From positions 1,568,001 through 1,632,000 of the forward strand of contig CM000154.2 in assembly GCA_000004695.1 (NCBI GenBank): 64,000 bases of DNA. The letters run 5' to 3'. Below, piece after piece: positions 12,012 to 23,769 of this stretch. A program made the translations under genes and the position numbers. The notes under the pieces were generated by a model, which was given only the letters and a program-made list of their open reading frames with translations, did not search any database and was not told the origin of the DNA. Each line of letters starts with the position of its first letter. Position 1 is the first letter of the stretch. The stretch comes from Dictyostelium discoideum (lineage: Eukaryota).

Positions 12012-13925
12012 TTAAAATAATTCATCATCATCATCCTTCTTTTTCAATTTTTTTTCTAAATTCTTATTTTTGTTTTTATTTTGTTTGATTTGTTTATTTG
12101 ATAAACCTTCACCAGATACTGGGGCCAATTTGAATCTTTCTTCTTTTTCTTTTCTCTTTCTCTCTCTTTCTCTTTCCTCCTCTTCAAAAAGATCTAATTG
12201 AGCCTGAGTGATATTTTCTTTTGCCAACTCTTTTTGAATTTCCATTCTTTTTAAGGTTGCAGCAACGGAAGCAGCAACTTGAACTGGATCGGCATCAAGA
12301 CCCAACTCATATAAACGATCGATTTCATCTCTTTCCAATTTCTCTTTTAATCTCTCGGCTTCAGTATTCTCTTTCCTTTCAATTCTTTTAAGATGTTCTT
12401 GTCTCTCTTTAACTGTTAATGGTTGATAGAAACGACTAATGAGTAGACCATTTTTTTCAACATTAGTTTGAACCCTACCAATACCTTTAACCAAAGGTTC
12501 TAAAAGAGCGAAAATCTTTGGACCCTCTTGTGCCACTGGAGAATTACTATCTAAGACAATTCTATCTTTTTTGTCTTGGGGTGATTGTTTGTAGGTGATT
12601 GTAACTTCAACGCTGTGTCTTTTCAAAAGGAATTTAACAATCTGATCAAATTTAACGGCTCTGTCATTTTCATTGATATTTGAAGAGATGATAACACCCT
12701 TAGTTCCTTTGGTAGCATGATCAACTTTTCTTTCTCTCTCTTGTTCTAACCTTTTCTCTGAGATTTTAATGAAATCTTCCAAAGTGACAAGTCTTCCATA
12801 TACATTACCATTTTGACCAAATGTTAAAACGATATCCAACTTTTTAGTGTATGCGAGTCTATAAGCTTGTGGACCACTCATCAAGCCAATGTTAGTACCA
12901 TCGACATTAATCACTTGAACAGAATTTAGATTGATAACATCATCATTGAATTTTGTACGATTGTCTTTAAGTTTATCGACTTCATATAATCTAACACTTA
13001 ATTTTTTGATATCTCCATGATTTGAGAAAACTTTATTTGTAATATAGTTTGAAGGGCTTTTTGGATCACCAACTAAATCTTGATTTTTTGGAAACATTTC
13101 TGAAATCTCTTCATCAGCGAAACCAACCTCTGACAATAGTTTTTTCCTTCTATTCATTTCATAGTTGATTTTATATTCCAAAATCTTACTATTTTTCTTC
13201 TCCCTCATTTTTAAAAGGTTTGCTTTGTGTTCCATTGGTAATCTATCTTCTTGATACACCCTTCTCCCCCTTCTACGTCCATAAGCATCGTCTTCATCAA
13301 AATCGTCCTCTTCTTCTTCTTCTTCTTCTTCTTCTTCTTCAAAATCCTCCTCTTCTTCAAAATCCTCCTCTTCTTCTTCAATATCCTCTTCTTGATCTTC
13401 ATACTCCTCTTGATCATCGATTTCATTTTTTTGACGTCCATCATGAATTGGATTTTGTTTTGGACGAGATAAACTTGTCTTACCAAAATTTTTCTTTCGT
13501 GGTGGGAAAACGTGTAATTGATCATCATCTACCAAATCAACTTGTGGTTCTTTAAAATTTTCAGTTTCATCCAAATAGATATCAAATGATGAAATTTTAA
13601 TCTTTTTCTTTTGGTTAATTTCACGTTTTGATTTTTCAATCTTTGGATTTAATTGTTCTTCAATATATTTTTCATCTAAATCCATCTCTAAATCTTCAGC
13701 TCCCTCTTCTAAACCCATTGCACTTTTAATTTTTTCAGGTTCATAATTTGGAGTAATTGAAATTGAAGGTTTTTTAATATAATATCTATTTAAATTAATT
13801 TTATCATTATTAATTGAAACTAATGACAATGATGATGATGATGATGATGATGATGATAATGGTGTGAAAATTAATTTATTTAGGTATTGATTATTTCTTA
13901 AAATTTTATTTGTTACTGATAACAT
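12012..13925 (-). CDS. Translation initiation factor IF-3 (organellar/mitochondrial type) with long low-complexity N- and C-terminal extensions and an acidic E/D-rich insert.
   Basis: Single 637-aa ORF. VQVINVDGTNIGLMSGPQAYRLAYTKKLDIVLTFGQNGNVYGRLVTLEDF matches the IF3 N-domain (VRLIdedGeqlGvmstreALelAee.glDLVev.p.a.PPVcrimDygkf). KGVIISSNINENDRAVKFDQIVKFLLKRHSVEVTITYK matches the IF3 C-domain (KEIKFRP.iDEhDyqvKlr.i.rFLekG.kVKvti.fRGRE). The N-terminus (MLSVTNKILRNNQYLNKLIFTPLSSSSS) is consistent with a mitochondrial presequence. Confidence 0.75.
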   Translation of the reverse strand: MLSVTNKILRNNQYLNKLIFTPLSSSSSSSSSLSLVSINNDKINLNRYYIKKPSISITPNYEPEKIKSAMGLEEGAEDLEMDLDEKYIEEQLNPKIEKSKREINQKKKIKISSFDIYLDETENFKEPQVDLVDDDQLHVFPPRKKNFGKTSLSRPKQNPIHDGRQKNEIDDQEEYEDQEEDIEEEEEDFEEEEDFEEEEEEEEEEEDDFDEDDAYGRRRGRRVYQEDRLPMEHKANLLKMREKKNSKILEYKINYEMNRRKKLLSEVGFADEEISEMFPKNQDLVGDPKSPSNYITNKVFSNHGDIKKLSVRLYEVDKLKDNRTKFNDDVINLNSVQVINVDGTNIGLMSGPQAYRLAYTKKLDIVLTFGQNGNVYGRLVTLEDFIKISEKRLEQERERKVDHATKGTKGVIISSNINENDRAVKFDQIVKFLLKRHSVEVTITYKQSPQDKKDRIVLDSNSPVAQEGPKIFALLEPLVKGIGRVQTNVEKNGLLISRFYQPLTVKERQEHLKRIERKENTEAERLKEKLERDEIDRLYELGLDADPVQVAASVAATLKRMEIQKELAKENITQAQLDLFEEEERERERKRKEKEERFKLAPVSGEGLSNKQIKQNKNKNKNLEKKLKKKDDDDELF

Positions 13926-14463
13926 TTTATTTTATTTTATTTTATTTTTTTTAAAAAAATAAAAAAAAAAATTAAAAAAAAAAAAGATTATTATATGTTA
14001 AAAAAAAAAAAATTTAAATAAAAAAAAAAATTTGTGCAAATATGTGAATATACAAGACAATGGGTGGAAATTAATAAAAAAAAAAATAAAAATTAAAAAA
14101 AAAAAAATTATTAAGTTCAAAAAATTTATTGAAATTAAAATAAAAAAAAAAAAAAAAAAAAATTAAAATAAAAAAATTAAAAATTGTGACTTCAAAAAAA
14201 AAAAAAAATTAAGAAATTTGGAAATTAATTTCAAATAAAATAAATGATTTTATTATATTTATTTTAAAAATATAATAAAAATAAAAAATGATTTATGAAA
14301 ATAATAATAATGATTATAAAAATAATAAAAATAATTATAATAATGGTGATCAAATTTTTTTTTTTTTTTTTTTTTTTTATCATTTATGATTTATGAAAAT
14401 AATAATAAAAATGATCAAATATTTTTTTTTTTTTTTTTTTTTAATTTTGTCAAAATAATTTTA

Positions 14464-15167
14464 TTATTTTTTTAAAATTGATAAAACTGATTTAGTAGCT
14501 CTAAATAAATTTAAAGATTTGATTGTTGATTGAGAGATTTGTTGTCTTCTTTGAAATGCACCAAGTACAGCAGAGGTTGAATAAGTACGATCATATTTTC
14601 TAATACCAGCATTATCGACAGAAGATAAATAGAAAGAACCTGGGAACATATTTGTAGTTTCATCAGATGGTACATAATTTTTAAGATTATGTCTAGTTTC
14701 ACGAAGTGATAATTTCTCTGTGAAAATCTCTGGTTCAACACGAACTCTTTTAGCTAAACGATTCTTTAAATCAACTTTTTCAACGATATGATTAATTGGT
14801 TTTTCAACTTTGAATGAGAATGCAGATGCAGCCAAACCAGAACCATATGAAAAGGTTAATACTCTCTTACCAACTAAATCATTTGATTTTTCATCAAGTA
14901 ATGATAAAAGTCCAGAATAGGTTGAACCACAATAAGTATTACCCAATTGTTTGGCTAATAAAGTGGTTGGTGCAACCTTGGTAGCATAATCATTCTTGGT
15001 GATTGCTGACAATGCTTTTTCAAGTACACTATCGAAATAAGTATCTTCTGGTTTAACATTCTTATAAGCTTCCAATGATGCATATCTTGAATCATTTGGA
15101 TTATTTAAAAAGTCATTATATAACTAAATAAATAAATAAAAAAATAAATAAATAAATTTAGTTAATA

Positions 15168-15199
<32 letters not shown>

Positions 15200-16009
15200 T
15201 TTTTTTTTTTTAATATTTACCATTCTACCAAATGATTTTTGAACCAATTTATTGTATGGTGAATGGAAAAGAGCAAAATCAACTTGATCGAGTGAGAAAG
15301 ATTTACCATATTTCTTTTCAAAGGCTTTGGCATAACGATTGTAACAATTATCGATAGCTCTGAAATAGCAAGAGATTGAGAGTTTACCATCGACACGTGG
15401 ATATTCGGAATCCATATCTGGTTTATAGAAATCGTAGACATTTTCCATATGGACACCACGAAGACCAGATTCAAAGGTGATTGGTGCATTTGGACCAATT
15501 AACATTGCAACAACACCTGCACCACCAGTTGGACGAGCTGGACCTTTTTCATAGACTGCGATATCACCAGCGACAACAATAGCATTACGGCCATCCCAAT
15601 AGGAGGATTCCATCCATTGGAGTGCATTATGGAGTGCAGATGTACCACCATAGCAAGCGTTAATAGTGTCAATACCATCGATTGAAGTATTTCCATGTTT
15701 GGCAAAGAGATCCATTAAAACGGTTTTAACTGATTTGGATTTATCAATAACAGTTTCAGTACCGACTTCAAGACGACCAATTGAGTTTGGATCAACATTG
15801 AATTTATCCATTAAATTATTGACTGCATTTAATGAGAGCGAGTAGATATCTTCTCTGTCACCACAGAATGCCATATTAGTTTGACCGAGACCTAATGTGT
15901 ATTTACCTTGGCTGACACCATCGAATTTTTCTAAATCTTCTTGTGCGACATAAGTACTTGGGAAGTAAACTTCAATTCCGTGGATACCGATATTTTCTGG
16001 TTTTGTCAT
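14464..16009 (-). CDS. Hydroxymethylglutaryl-CoA synthase. CDS complement(join(15221..16009,14464..15123)).
   Basis: Exon 1 ([43 protein letters not shown]...[18 protein letters not shown]...[16 protein letters not shown]) ends at GTAAAT. After a 97-bp intron, exon 2 begins [31 protein letters not shown]... (compare human HMGCS1 ...KSLARM|LLNDFLNDQN...). Splice phase is 0/0. Dictyostelium has two paralogs (hgsA/hgsB); which one this is cannot be decided from sequence alone. Confidence 0.9.
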
Positions 16010-16891
16010 TTTAAAATTATTCTTTTTTTTTTTTTTTTTTTAAAAAAATTATTGATTGTTTGATTTTTTTTTTTTTTTTAATAAATAAAATTATGTAAAA
16101 TATTGGAAAATAAATAATAATAATAAATTTTTTTTTTTTTTTTTAATTTAAATTAAATTTAATTTTTTTTTTTTAAATATATATAAATATATAAAATACA
16201 AATGTTTAAGAAATAATATATCAAGTCGAAAAAGTTAATTGAACAAGATATAAATTAAGTTTTTTTTAATAATTAAAGATTGTCGAGATTAAATTGAACA
16301 ATTTTTATAATAAAAAAAAAAAAAAGGAGTGTTAAATGACAAAAAAAAAAAAAATTATTTTTTGTATTAGAAGGGTGGTGTGGTGATATACTAAATGTGA
16401 AGTGTCGGAAGTTTTTTTAAACAAAAAAGAGATAACTAGAAAAAGTAACAAGAATTATAATTTTTAGGTTATAATTTATTAGTATACTTTTGAATTAAAT
16501 TATTTCTATTAATGTGTGTGTGAATACTTGTTGGTAGTGATGAGGAAAAAAAAAAAAAAATGAAAAATAATTTAGTTTAAATATCGGTCGAATGAGCAAA
16601 GAAAAAAAAAAAAAAATTATGAAAATAATAATTTTATAAAAAATAATTATTTTTTAAAAAAAAATAAAAAAAATTAAAAATAAATAAAAAATATCTTCAT
16701 CAACCCAATTGTTTTCTTCACTCATAGGAGCTGGTTTTTCTATTTTTTAAAGTTTTTATTGGGGCCACAATGACGATCAGTAGGGCTGGGTGGGTTTCCA
16801 TTTTTTTAAAAAAAAAAAAAAAAAAAAAATTTTAAAAATAAAATTAAAAAAAATTAAAATATGAATTTACCACCAATCCCAATCCCAAAAT

Positions 16892-16934
<43 letters not shown>

Positions 16935-17840
16935 TTTTAAAAATGAGTGTGCACAAAAAAAAAAAAAATAATTATAAAAAAAAGTGTTTAGAAAAAAAAA
17001 AAAAAAATAATAAAAAAAAAAAAAAAAATAATAGGTTATATTTACATACCTATTATGGATTGGTACAATATTTAATGTTCAATTAAAAATTGAAGGAATA
17101 GTTTTTTTTTTAATATTTTATTTTAAATTAAATAATTAATTTTTTTTTAAAAAAATTAAAAAAAAAATATAAAAAAAATTAAAAATAAATTCCAACTTAA
17201 AAAAAATAAAAAAAAAATTTATTGGATAATTAAATTTTAAATAATAAAAATTTCAATCAAAGTAGTGGTTAAATAATGGGACCTAAAAATGTAAATAAGG
17301 TTGAATAATATTTTATATTTTTTAATATGAAAATAAGATAAGATTTTCCCCCTTTTTCATTTCAAATCACCAACAAAAGTCTAAATTTGAAAAAAGAATA
17401 AATAAAAAAAACAAATAGATATTGAAAAAAAAAAAAGAAAAAAAAAAACTAAAAAAAAAAAATATCAAAAGATTCAACTTTTTTTTTTTTTTTTTTTTTA
17501 ATATCCAATAACCGACTAGATTCTATTTTATTTTTATTTTTTTTTTTATTTTTTTTCATATGAAAAAAACAAAACATTTCAGATAATTTGTCTTTTTCAT
17601 TTGTGAAAATAAAGAAAAAAAAAAAAAAACTTTAATTAAAGCTAATAAAGGTTTTTTTTCACTTTATCCAAGGTATATATGCCACATATTAAAAATTTTT
17701 TTTTTTTTATAACAACAATATTGTTATCGGTTTATGAATTTAAATATACAATTTTTTTTATTTTTTATTTTTTGTCTTTTTTTTTCTTTTTCTTTTCTTT
17801 CTTTTCTTCTTTTATAGATTATTTTTATAAATTTTTGTAA

Positions 17841-18316
17841 TTAGTGGACAATAGGCTTCATCGGCTCTGCTATTATCTCTTTTAGGTTTAATTTTTTATC
17901 TAATTCATCATCTACTTCCCCTATTACAGCCCTATATTTTAATATTTGGAAGTAAAGTTTTTTTTTATTTTTTTTTTTATCTGTTAGTTTTTTTTTTTTT
18001 TTATGTTATTTTTAATTTTATTGTTATTATCTTTTTATTTTTTATTTTTTTATTTTTTAAAAAAATTTCTTAAATCTCTTTTATCTTTTATCTGTTTTTT
18101 TTTATTTATTTTTTAAAAGATATTCAAATAAAAAAATAAAATAAAAAAAATATATGTATATATAATATACATACACATCATCACCTTTTATTAAATGTAC
18201 ACCCAATGGAATAACTTCAATTCCTTCATCAGAGTAAACTCTTTCATGACACTTTTCTAAAACTACATTAATGGTTTGATCAATTCCTCTCAATGTACCC
18301 TATTTATTTATTAAAA

Positions 18317-18402
<86 letters not shown>

Positions 18403-18699
18403 CGATATTGATAGATTTTGATACGATATTTAATAATTTTGACATATTTATATTATTAGTATATGCTAAATTGAGTAGAAGTTGATTTGATAAAAATGAA
18501 TGTAAAATATTTTATTTAATAAATCCACATACAATTATACTTCTACCATCTGCTGTTAAAACAAGGACTTGTTCTGAAAAAAATAAAAATAAAAATATTA
18601 ATATGATAAATTGGTGATTTGAATAAGAAAAAAAAAAATTTTATATGTGTGTGGGATGAGAAATATATTACTCTTTAAATATGATTCTAACATTGCCAT
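17841..18699 (-). CDS. lsm8: U6 snRNA-associated Sm-like protein LSm8, four exons. CDS complement(join(18672..18699,18533..18573,18175..18299,17841..17931)), 94 aa.
   Basis: Reconstructed protein: MAMLESYLK|KQVLVLTADGRSII|GTLRGIDQTINVVLEKCHERVYSDEGIEVIPLGVHLIKGDD|VAVIGEVDDELDKKLNLKEIIAEPMKPIVH*. It aligns along its whole length with human LSM8 (MTSALENYINRTVAVITSDGRMIVGTLKGFDQTINLILDESHERVFSS...VRGDNVAVIGEIDEETDSALDLGNIRAEPLNSVAH). Donors are GTAATA, GTATGT and GTATGT, acceptors are AG, and all phases are consistent. The ORF track shows only the 63-aa exon-3 fragment. Confidence 0.85.
18319..18399. repeat. (ATT)n microsatellite inside LSm8 intron 2
   Basis: Perfect tattattatt... run of ~80 bp. 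Confidence 0.9.
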
Positions 18700-19099
18700 T
18701 TTTTTATTTTTTTATTAATGTTATATATAAATAATAAACATATAGGTATATATATTCCTTAATTGGTGATGATCGAATTTAATAAAATGAAAAAAATATG
18801 AAAAATGAAAATTTTATAAAAAAAAAAATAAAAAATTTTAGAAAAAAAAAAAAAAAATAAAAAAAAAATAAAAAATAAATTAAAATTAAAATTAAAAATT
18901 ATATATATATATATATGTCCAATAAAATCAAAGTAATATTAGAAACTATAGTTTTTTTTTTAATTAATTTTTAATTTTCTTTTTTCACAAAAATTAATTA
19001 ATTTTTTATTTTATATTTTTTTATTTTTTTTAATTTTTTTTTTTTTTTAATTTTTTTTATTTTTTTTTTATTATTTTTTTTAATTTTTTTTTTTTTTCA

Positions 19100-19540
19100 G
19101 TGAACATCCACAAGGCATTGAAAATGTTTAATTTTAATAGATATTTAGGTTCCAGTACAAGACCATATAATTGGTTATCAAATAATAGTAATAATATATC
19201 AAAGTTTACAATAAATAATAAAAATAATAATAAATTATTATTTACTTCCACATTTTCAAATATTAATAATCTCAATAATAATAATAAATACAATGAAATA
19301 AAATTTTATTCAACTACACCACCAAATTCATCAACTCCACCACCAATTCCACCAACCCATGGAAAGATTTCATTTTTTTTCACACAAACTTTTGATAAAG
19401 GAAATGGTTCAGTAAGTAATAAATTTTTAAATTTAGTTGGCTTAACAATTGTTTCATCAGCTCTTTTCTCTTTGGTAATGTACTTTTTTGATAATGCAGT
19501 GCAAGATGATGAATACATGTATAGAATTTTAAATTATTGT

Positions 19541-19613
<73 letters not shown>

Positions 19614-20567
19614 TTAATTTATTTACTAATATATAATTTTTTGTAATTATTATAGTTCCATCAACACCACCATTTTTATTAATGGATAAAAAAGGATACA
19701 TTAAAAAATTAGTTCAAGAATATAAAGAAGGTACAATTTCACCAACAGGATTAAAAATTATTGCATTGATTGCATCAACATTAGATGGTGATAAATATTT
19801 ATTAAAATATGATATGTTTGATATTGTTTGTGAAAAAGTAATCTCAAAAAAAGAAACAACTTTAAATAATTCTGATCAAGATTTTTTCATTCTCTTTCGT
19901 TTATCATTTAACTCAAAAAAAGCTGTACCAAATGAAATCGTTCAAAAAACTGAAAAAACTCATTTCTATAGATTTTTTACAGGTAAAAACATTTAAATAT
20001 ATATTTTTTAATCAAATTTATTAAAAAATAACTTTTAATTAACTTTTATTTATTTATATTATCATTTATTTTATTACTTGGGGGGAAAAAAAAAAAAAAG
20101 AAAATGAAAAAAGATTATCAGAATTAGAAGGAATGGTAGATTCATTTAAAATTAATTCAAAAGATGTTTTGTTATCTTTAATAGTTGCACCAATATTCGC
20201 ATTTGCAATTTTTTCCAGAAGAGTTTCACCAACAACTCTTTTTAATTCAATGAAAAGAAGTGCGGTCACATCAGGAATGGTAATGAGTGGTCCATTGCTT
20301 AGGGATTATATGAATGAAAATCTATTTGAAAATTGTGAAAACTTTACATGTCATGCATTGAAATCACAACTTCCATTCGTAGGTTATGGTTTGTTTTTAT
20401 TACAGTGCTCCCATTTTTCTTTTATCAGTTGGGTTTTGCCAGTTTTTACAACTTTATTTATTACAAAATCTTTTGAAGCCTACAGATACATTCCCAAAGT
20501 AACAGAGTTTTTACGTAAAAAGAAACCAAGAGATACTGATTTTTCAGTTGAACAAAAAAGTATTTAG
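19100..20567 (+). CDS. Hypothetical protein with mitochondrial-presequence-like N-terminus, coiled-coil segment and C-terminal hydrophobic helices. Proposed CDS join(19100..19415,19656..19982,20101..20567).
   Basis: Three ORFs in consistent phase. Exon 1 ends ...GNGSV+a at GTAATA. Exon 2 (tt CCA TCA...) gives ...I PSTPPFLLMDKKGYIKKLVQEYKEG...FYRFFT, with a GTAAAA donor. Exon 3 gives (E)NEKRLSELEGMVDSFK...LIVAPIFAFAIFSRR...FVGYGLFLLQCSHFSFISWVLPVFTTLFI.... Intron 1 contains a (TTTA)n repeat. No confident family assignment. Confidence 0.45.
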
Positions 20568-20757
20568 TTTAATATCCTTTCTTTTATAAAAAATGAATAA
20601 TAAATAAAAATTATTGTTTTTTATTTTTTTTTTAAACTAAATCATTTTTAAAAGTTTTTTTCCAAACATTATCACCAACATTGTATAATGGAACCAGGGT
20701 TTGAGTTTATAATTGATTCCTCAAGAAAATCGAAATAATAATTATTTACCAGATTAT

Positions 20758-20797
<40 letters not shown>

Positions 20798-21055
20798 TAA
20801 TAAATCTTTGTACTTTAATGGAGATAGATAATTATTAATAAGTTTATTTATGGATTTTTAAGTTTTTTTTTTTTTAAATACCAGTAAAGTTAAATAAATC
20901 GATTTTTGATTATTTAAAAGAAGATGGTATTTTTTTTTTTTTTTTTTTTTTTAATATTGGATTAACAAGATTGATATATGTCCATCTGTGTTAATACGAG
21001 TTTTTATTTAATATTTATTTATAGGCTTATCATTTAAGCTGAAGGGTTATTTTAA

Positions 21056-22587
21056 TCATATGAATTGATCAAAAGATATAATATTTGGGAGAGATGATTC
21101 TGGAATACAATAGTAATTAGCTGTTGTTTTTCTTAGCTTAATCGTTGAGGTGAGAAGGATCTTAGGATCTTTGAAATTATTATGGTCTTTTGCTGATAAG
21201 TTTTTCAGATCTTTTGCTTTTTTGATGTATTCTAGAGTGGCCAATTTGTGCCATTTCTTTAGAAGGGAGCTGTATGATAATGATTCATTTGTTAAAGGAT
21301 CTTCACTGTATATTTGATTGCAAATCCAAATCCAAATGTTGTGGAGGATAAGGGCCATTAGGTTTCTATATGCGAATGATCTGGTTAGATCATAGTCTAT
21401 TGCTTTATAGTTCCATTCAAAGTATTCTTTGTGGAATCTGTGGTTGGCGTAATCTGCATTCACTTCTTGATCTTTTTTGGCTGTCGGTGATAATTTTGGA
21501 GTTATTCTATTAATGAAATTGTTATTTTGCCTAATTCTTGTATGATGCCAGTTTTTACCTTTGCCTGTGGTAATATAGATGAAATTTTTGAGTTTATTTA
21601 TTTTTATGAATTGTTTTGTTTTCTTGCATGAGAAGAACAGGTGACCGTATGGGTCTTTGCTCATATCTTCTTTGCAGAGTGGGCATTGTTTGTTGTGAAG
21701 GTAGTTTATTGGAAGGCATCTGGCATGGAATCTAAACATTGTGTCTCTTGTTTTAGGGTCTTTTATCTTCAGTATGTTGTTGAAGAGTTGATTATAGCTG
21801 TAGCCTCTTAAGTTTAGAGATGATTGGAATTCCGTTTTAGGGATGGTTGGATTTTGGTCTTGAATTGTGGTATACCATTCTGCCAGTGAAAGTGGTTGTC
21901 CATTTTCGTTTTTTATGGATGTGAGATTATTGTTGAAGATTGCTTTTTTGATTCTTATTTTGTTCCATTCGTCTAAGTTTTCTTTTAGGTATCTGGATGT
22001 GAATTTGTTTTTTTGGATTTGATATTCCCAGCTTTTGTGATGAGATGAGTTTGTTTGTTTGGTTTCTAGTGCTAGGATGAATTGGTTTATGATCCAAAGT
22101 TTCTGCGCCAGTTGTCTCAATTCTATATTCCAAATGTTCCAGCCCCCTACTTTTAGTGGGTATCTTGCTCTTTTGGTTCTCATTAAATTAATAACTTGAA
22201 ATCCACTAGCATTTTTGTTGTTTGGTGCCGATAAAAACCATTCGACTAATTTATTGATTTGGTTTAATTCCTCTTCCTTAAAGTTCTCTACATATGAATA
22301 GTAGGTTAATTTAGAGAGTGCGAATGCTTTGAGGATGTTGGTTTTGGTTTTGATTGTTGAGTCAGTGGTTTTCCATAGTACTAAGGATGATCTTATTGTG
22401 TTTAATATTTCTGGCATTTTTCTTGTTATCCCTTTGCCTGTGAAGAAGTATCCCAAGTATCTTTCTGGATTTGTAGATATTGGAATTCTTTGGTTGGTAT
22501 TGTCTGGGTTGCCTATAAGAATTGATGAAGATTTGTCGATGTTTAGTTTTGAGGAAGTGGCTTTGCAAAATGAATTGAAGTGTTGTA
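21056..22587 (-). CDS. Retrotransposon ORF2, C-terminal portion (the N-terminal endonuclease/RT core is presumably lost in the gap)
   Basis: The frame is open from the gap edge: ...QHFNSFCKATSSKLNIDKSSSILIGNPDNTNQRIPISTNPERYLGYFFTGKG...CPLCKEDMSKDPYGHLFFSCKK.... It lies downstream of ORF1, as is typical for a LINE. Confidence 0.65.
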
Positions 22588-22687
22588 NNNNNNNNNNNNN
22601 NNNNNNNNNNNNNNNNNNNNNNNNNNNNNNNNNNNNNNNNNNNNNNNNNNNNNNNNNNNNNNNNNNNNNNNNNNNNNNNNNNNNNNN
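22588..22687. other. Assembly gap (100 N)
   Basis: Run of exactly 100 n inside the retrotransposon. Confidence 1.
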
Positions 22688-23769
22688 TGGTTGACTTCAT
22701 TGTTTGACTGGATTTCCTCGTTCTTGCGTTTATGTGATGGAGGGATGTTTAGTGTCTTCTCTCTGTTTTCCGAGGATGAATGGATGTTAGTGCTTGTTTT
22801 GTTGGCATTGTCTTTTTGGATGGCGTTGGATGTTGTGGTAGTGGTTGTGGTGGGTTTGACAGATTGAGATTCTGCTGGGTTTTTGGGGGGAAGAGGTTGA
22901 GATGACTTTTTTGCTTGGGCTTTTTTCTCTTGTGTTGATTGTTTATCAGACTGATTGTTTGCTGGGTTGTTTGTTTGTTGTTGTGGTTTTGGTTGAGAGG
23001 ATTTGATTGCTATCCTGTTTTGGGTGTTAGGAGGATCTGTCATCTCATCTTCTAATGGTTCCTCCGTGTTGTTTGTCTCTACTTTCTTGTTTTTCTTTTG
23101 TGAGGAGTAGGTTTTGGTGGCCGTTCTGATGGTAAAGTTTGCGATTTCTGTAATGTGTTGGCCAGATTTCATTTGATCGCCTATTTTGCATTCTATTAGA
23201 CCGAATACTATGAGGTGGTCGGTGGAGTATATAGTATTGTATATTGCATAGGGTATTTCTTCTGCAAAGGCAGTTTTGATGAGGGCGTCCACTATTCCTG
23301 CCTTTTCTCTGGGAATTCTTACTCTTCCTGTGAGGACGTGGAAGTCTCTACTGGAGGTGATGAAGGTTCCCAATTTGCTTCTATCTCTAATGATATTTAG
23401 GAGAGATTGTTCGTTTTTAATCATCAGGTGGATCATTTTTCTAGTTCCTTTGCCTATGTATATCTTGTCGATTGGGATATCGTAGTTTGAGAGTGTTTTT
23501 CTCATTTCTTCTAACCCCTTGAGATCCATTTTGGGGAATTCGAGTGTAATTGGGTAGAATCCGTTGTTCTTCTCGTAGGTTGAGAGCGCAGTCATGTTCA
23601 ATATGGTCTCGCAGTATTTGGAGATGTCTTTGAGGCCTATTGATAGTTTGGGGTAGGTCTCCTTTATCTCTGCTGTTTTTGTGGAGAATTCCTTAATGAA
23701 GTTCTCCGATGCCTCGTCCATATGGGTGGAGGGGTTGGCCATTTTAGCCGCGTCTGCGTAGGAATTCAT
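22688..23769 (-). CDS. Retrotransposon ORF1 (the frame stays open into the assembly gap)
   Basis: The ORF starts MNSYADAAKMANPSTHMDEASENFIKEF...HVLTGRVRIPREKAGIVDALIKT..., followed by a low-complexity Q/T/K-rich tail. It runs into the Ns at 22687. Confidence 0.65.

Noticed and set aside
19996-20133. Treating ORFs 19682-19996 and 20133-20567 as separate genes
   Set aside because: A phase-1 GTAAAA donor at 19983 and an AG acceptor at 20100 join them in frame (…FYRFFT|ENEKRLSELEGMVDSFK…).
22329-22700. ORFs 22329-22694(+) and 22362-22700(-) containing runs of X
   Set aside because: They span the 100-N assembly gap, so the X residues are artefacts of translating Ns.
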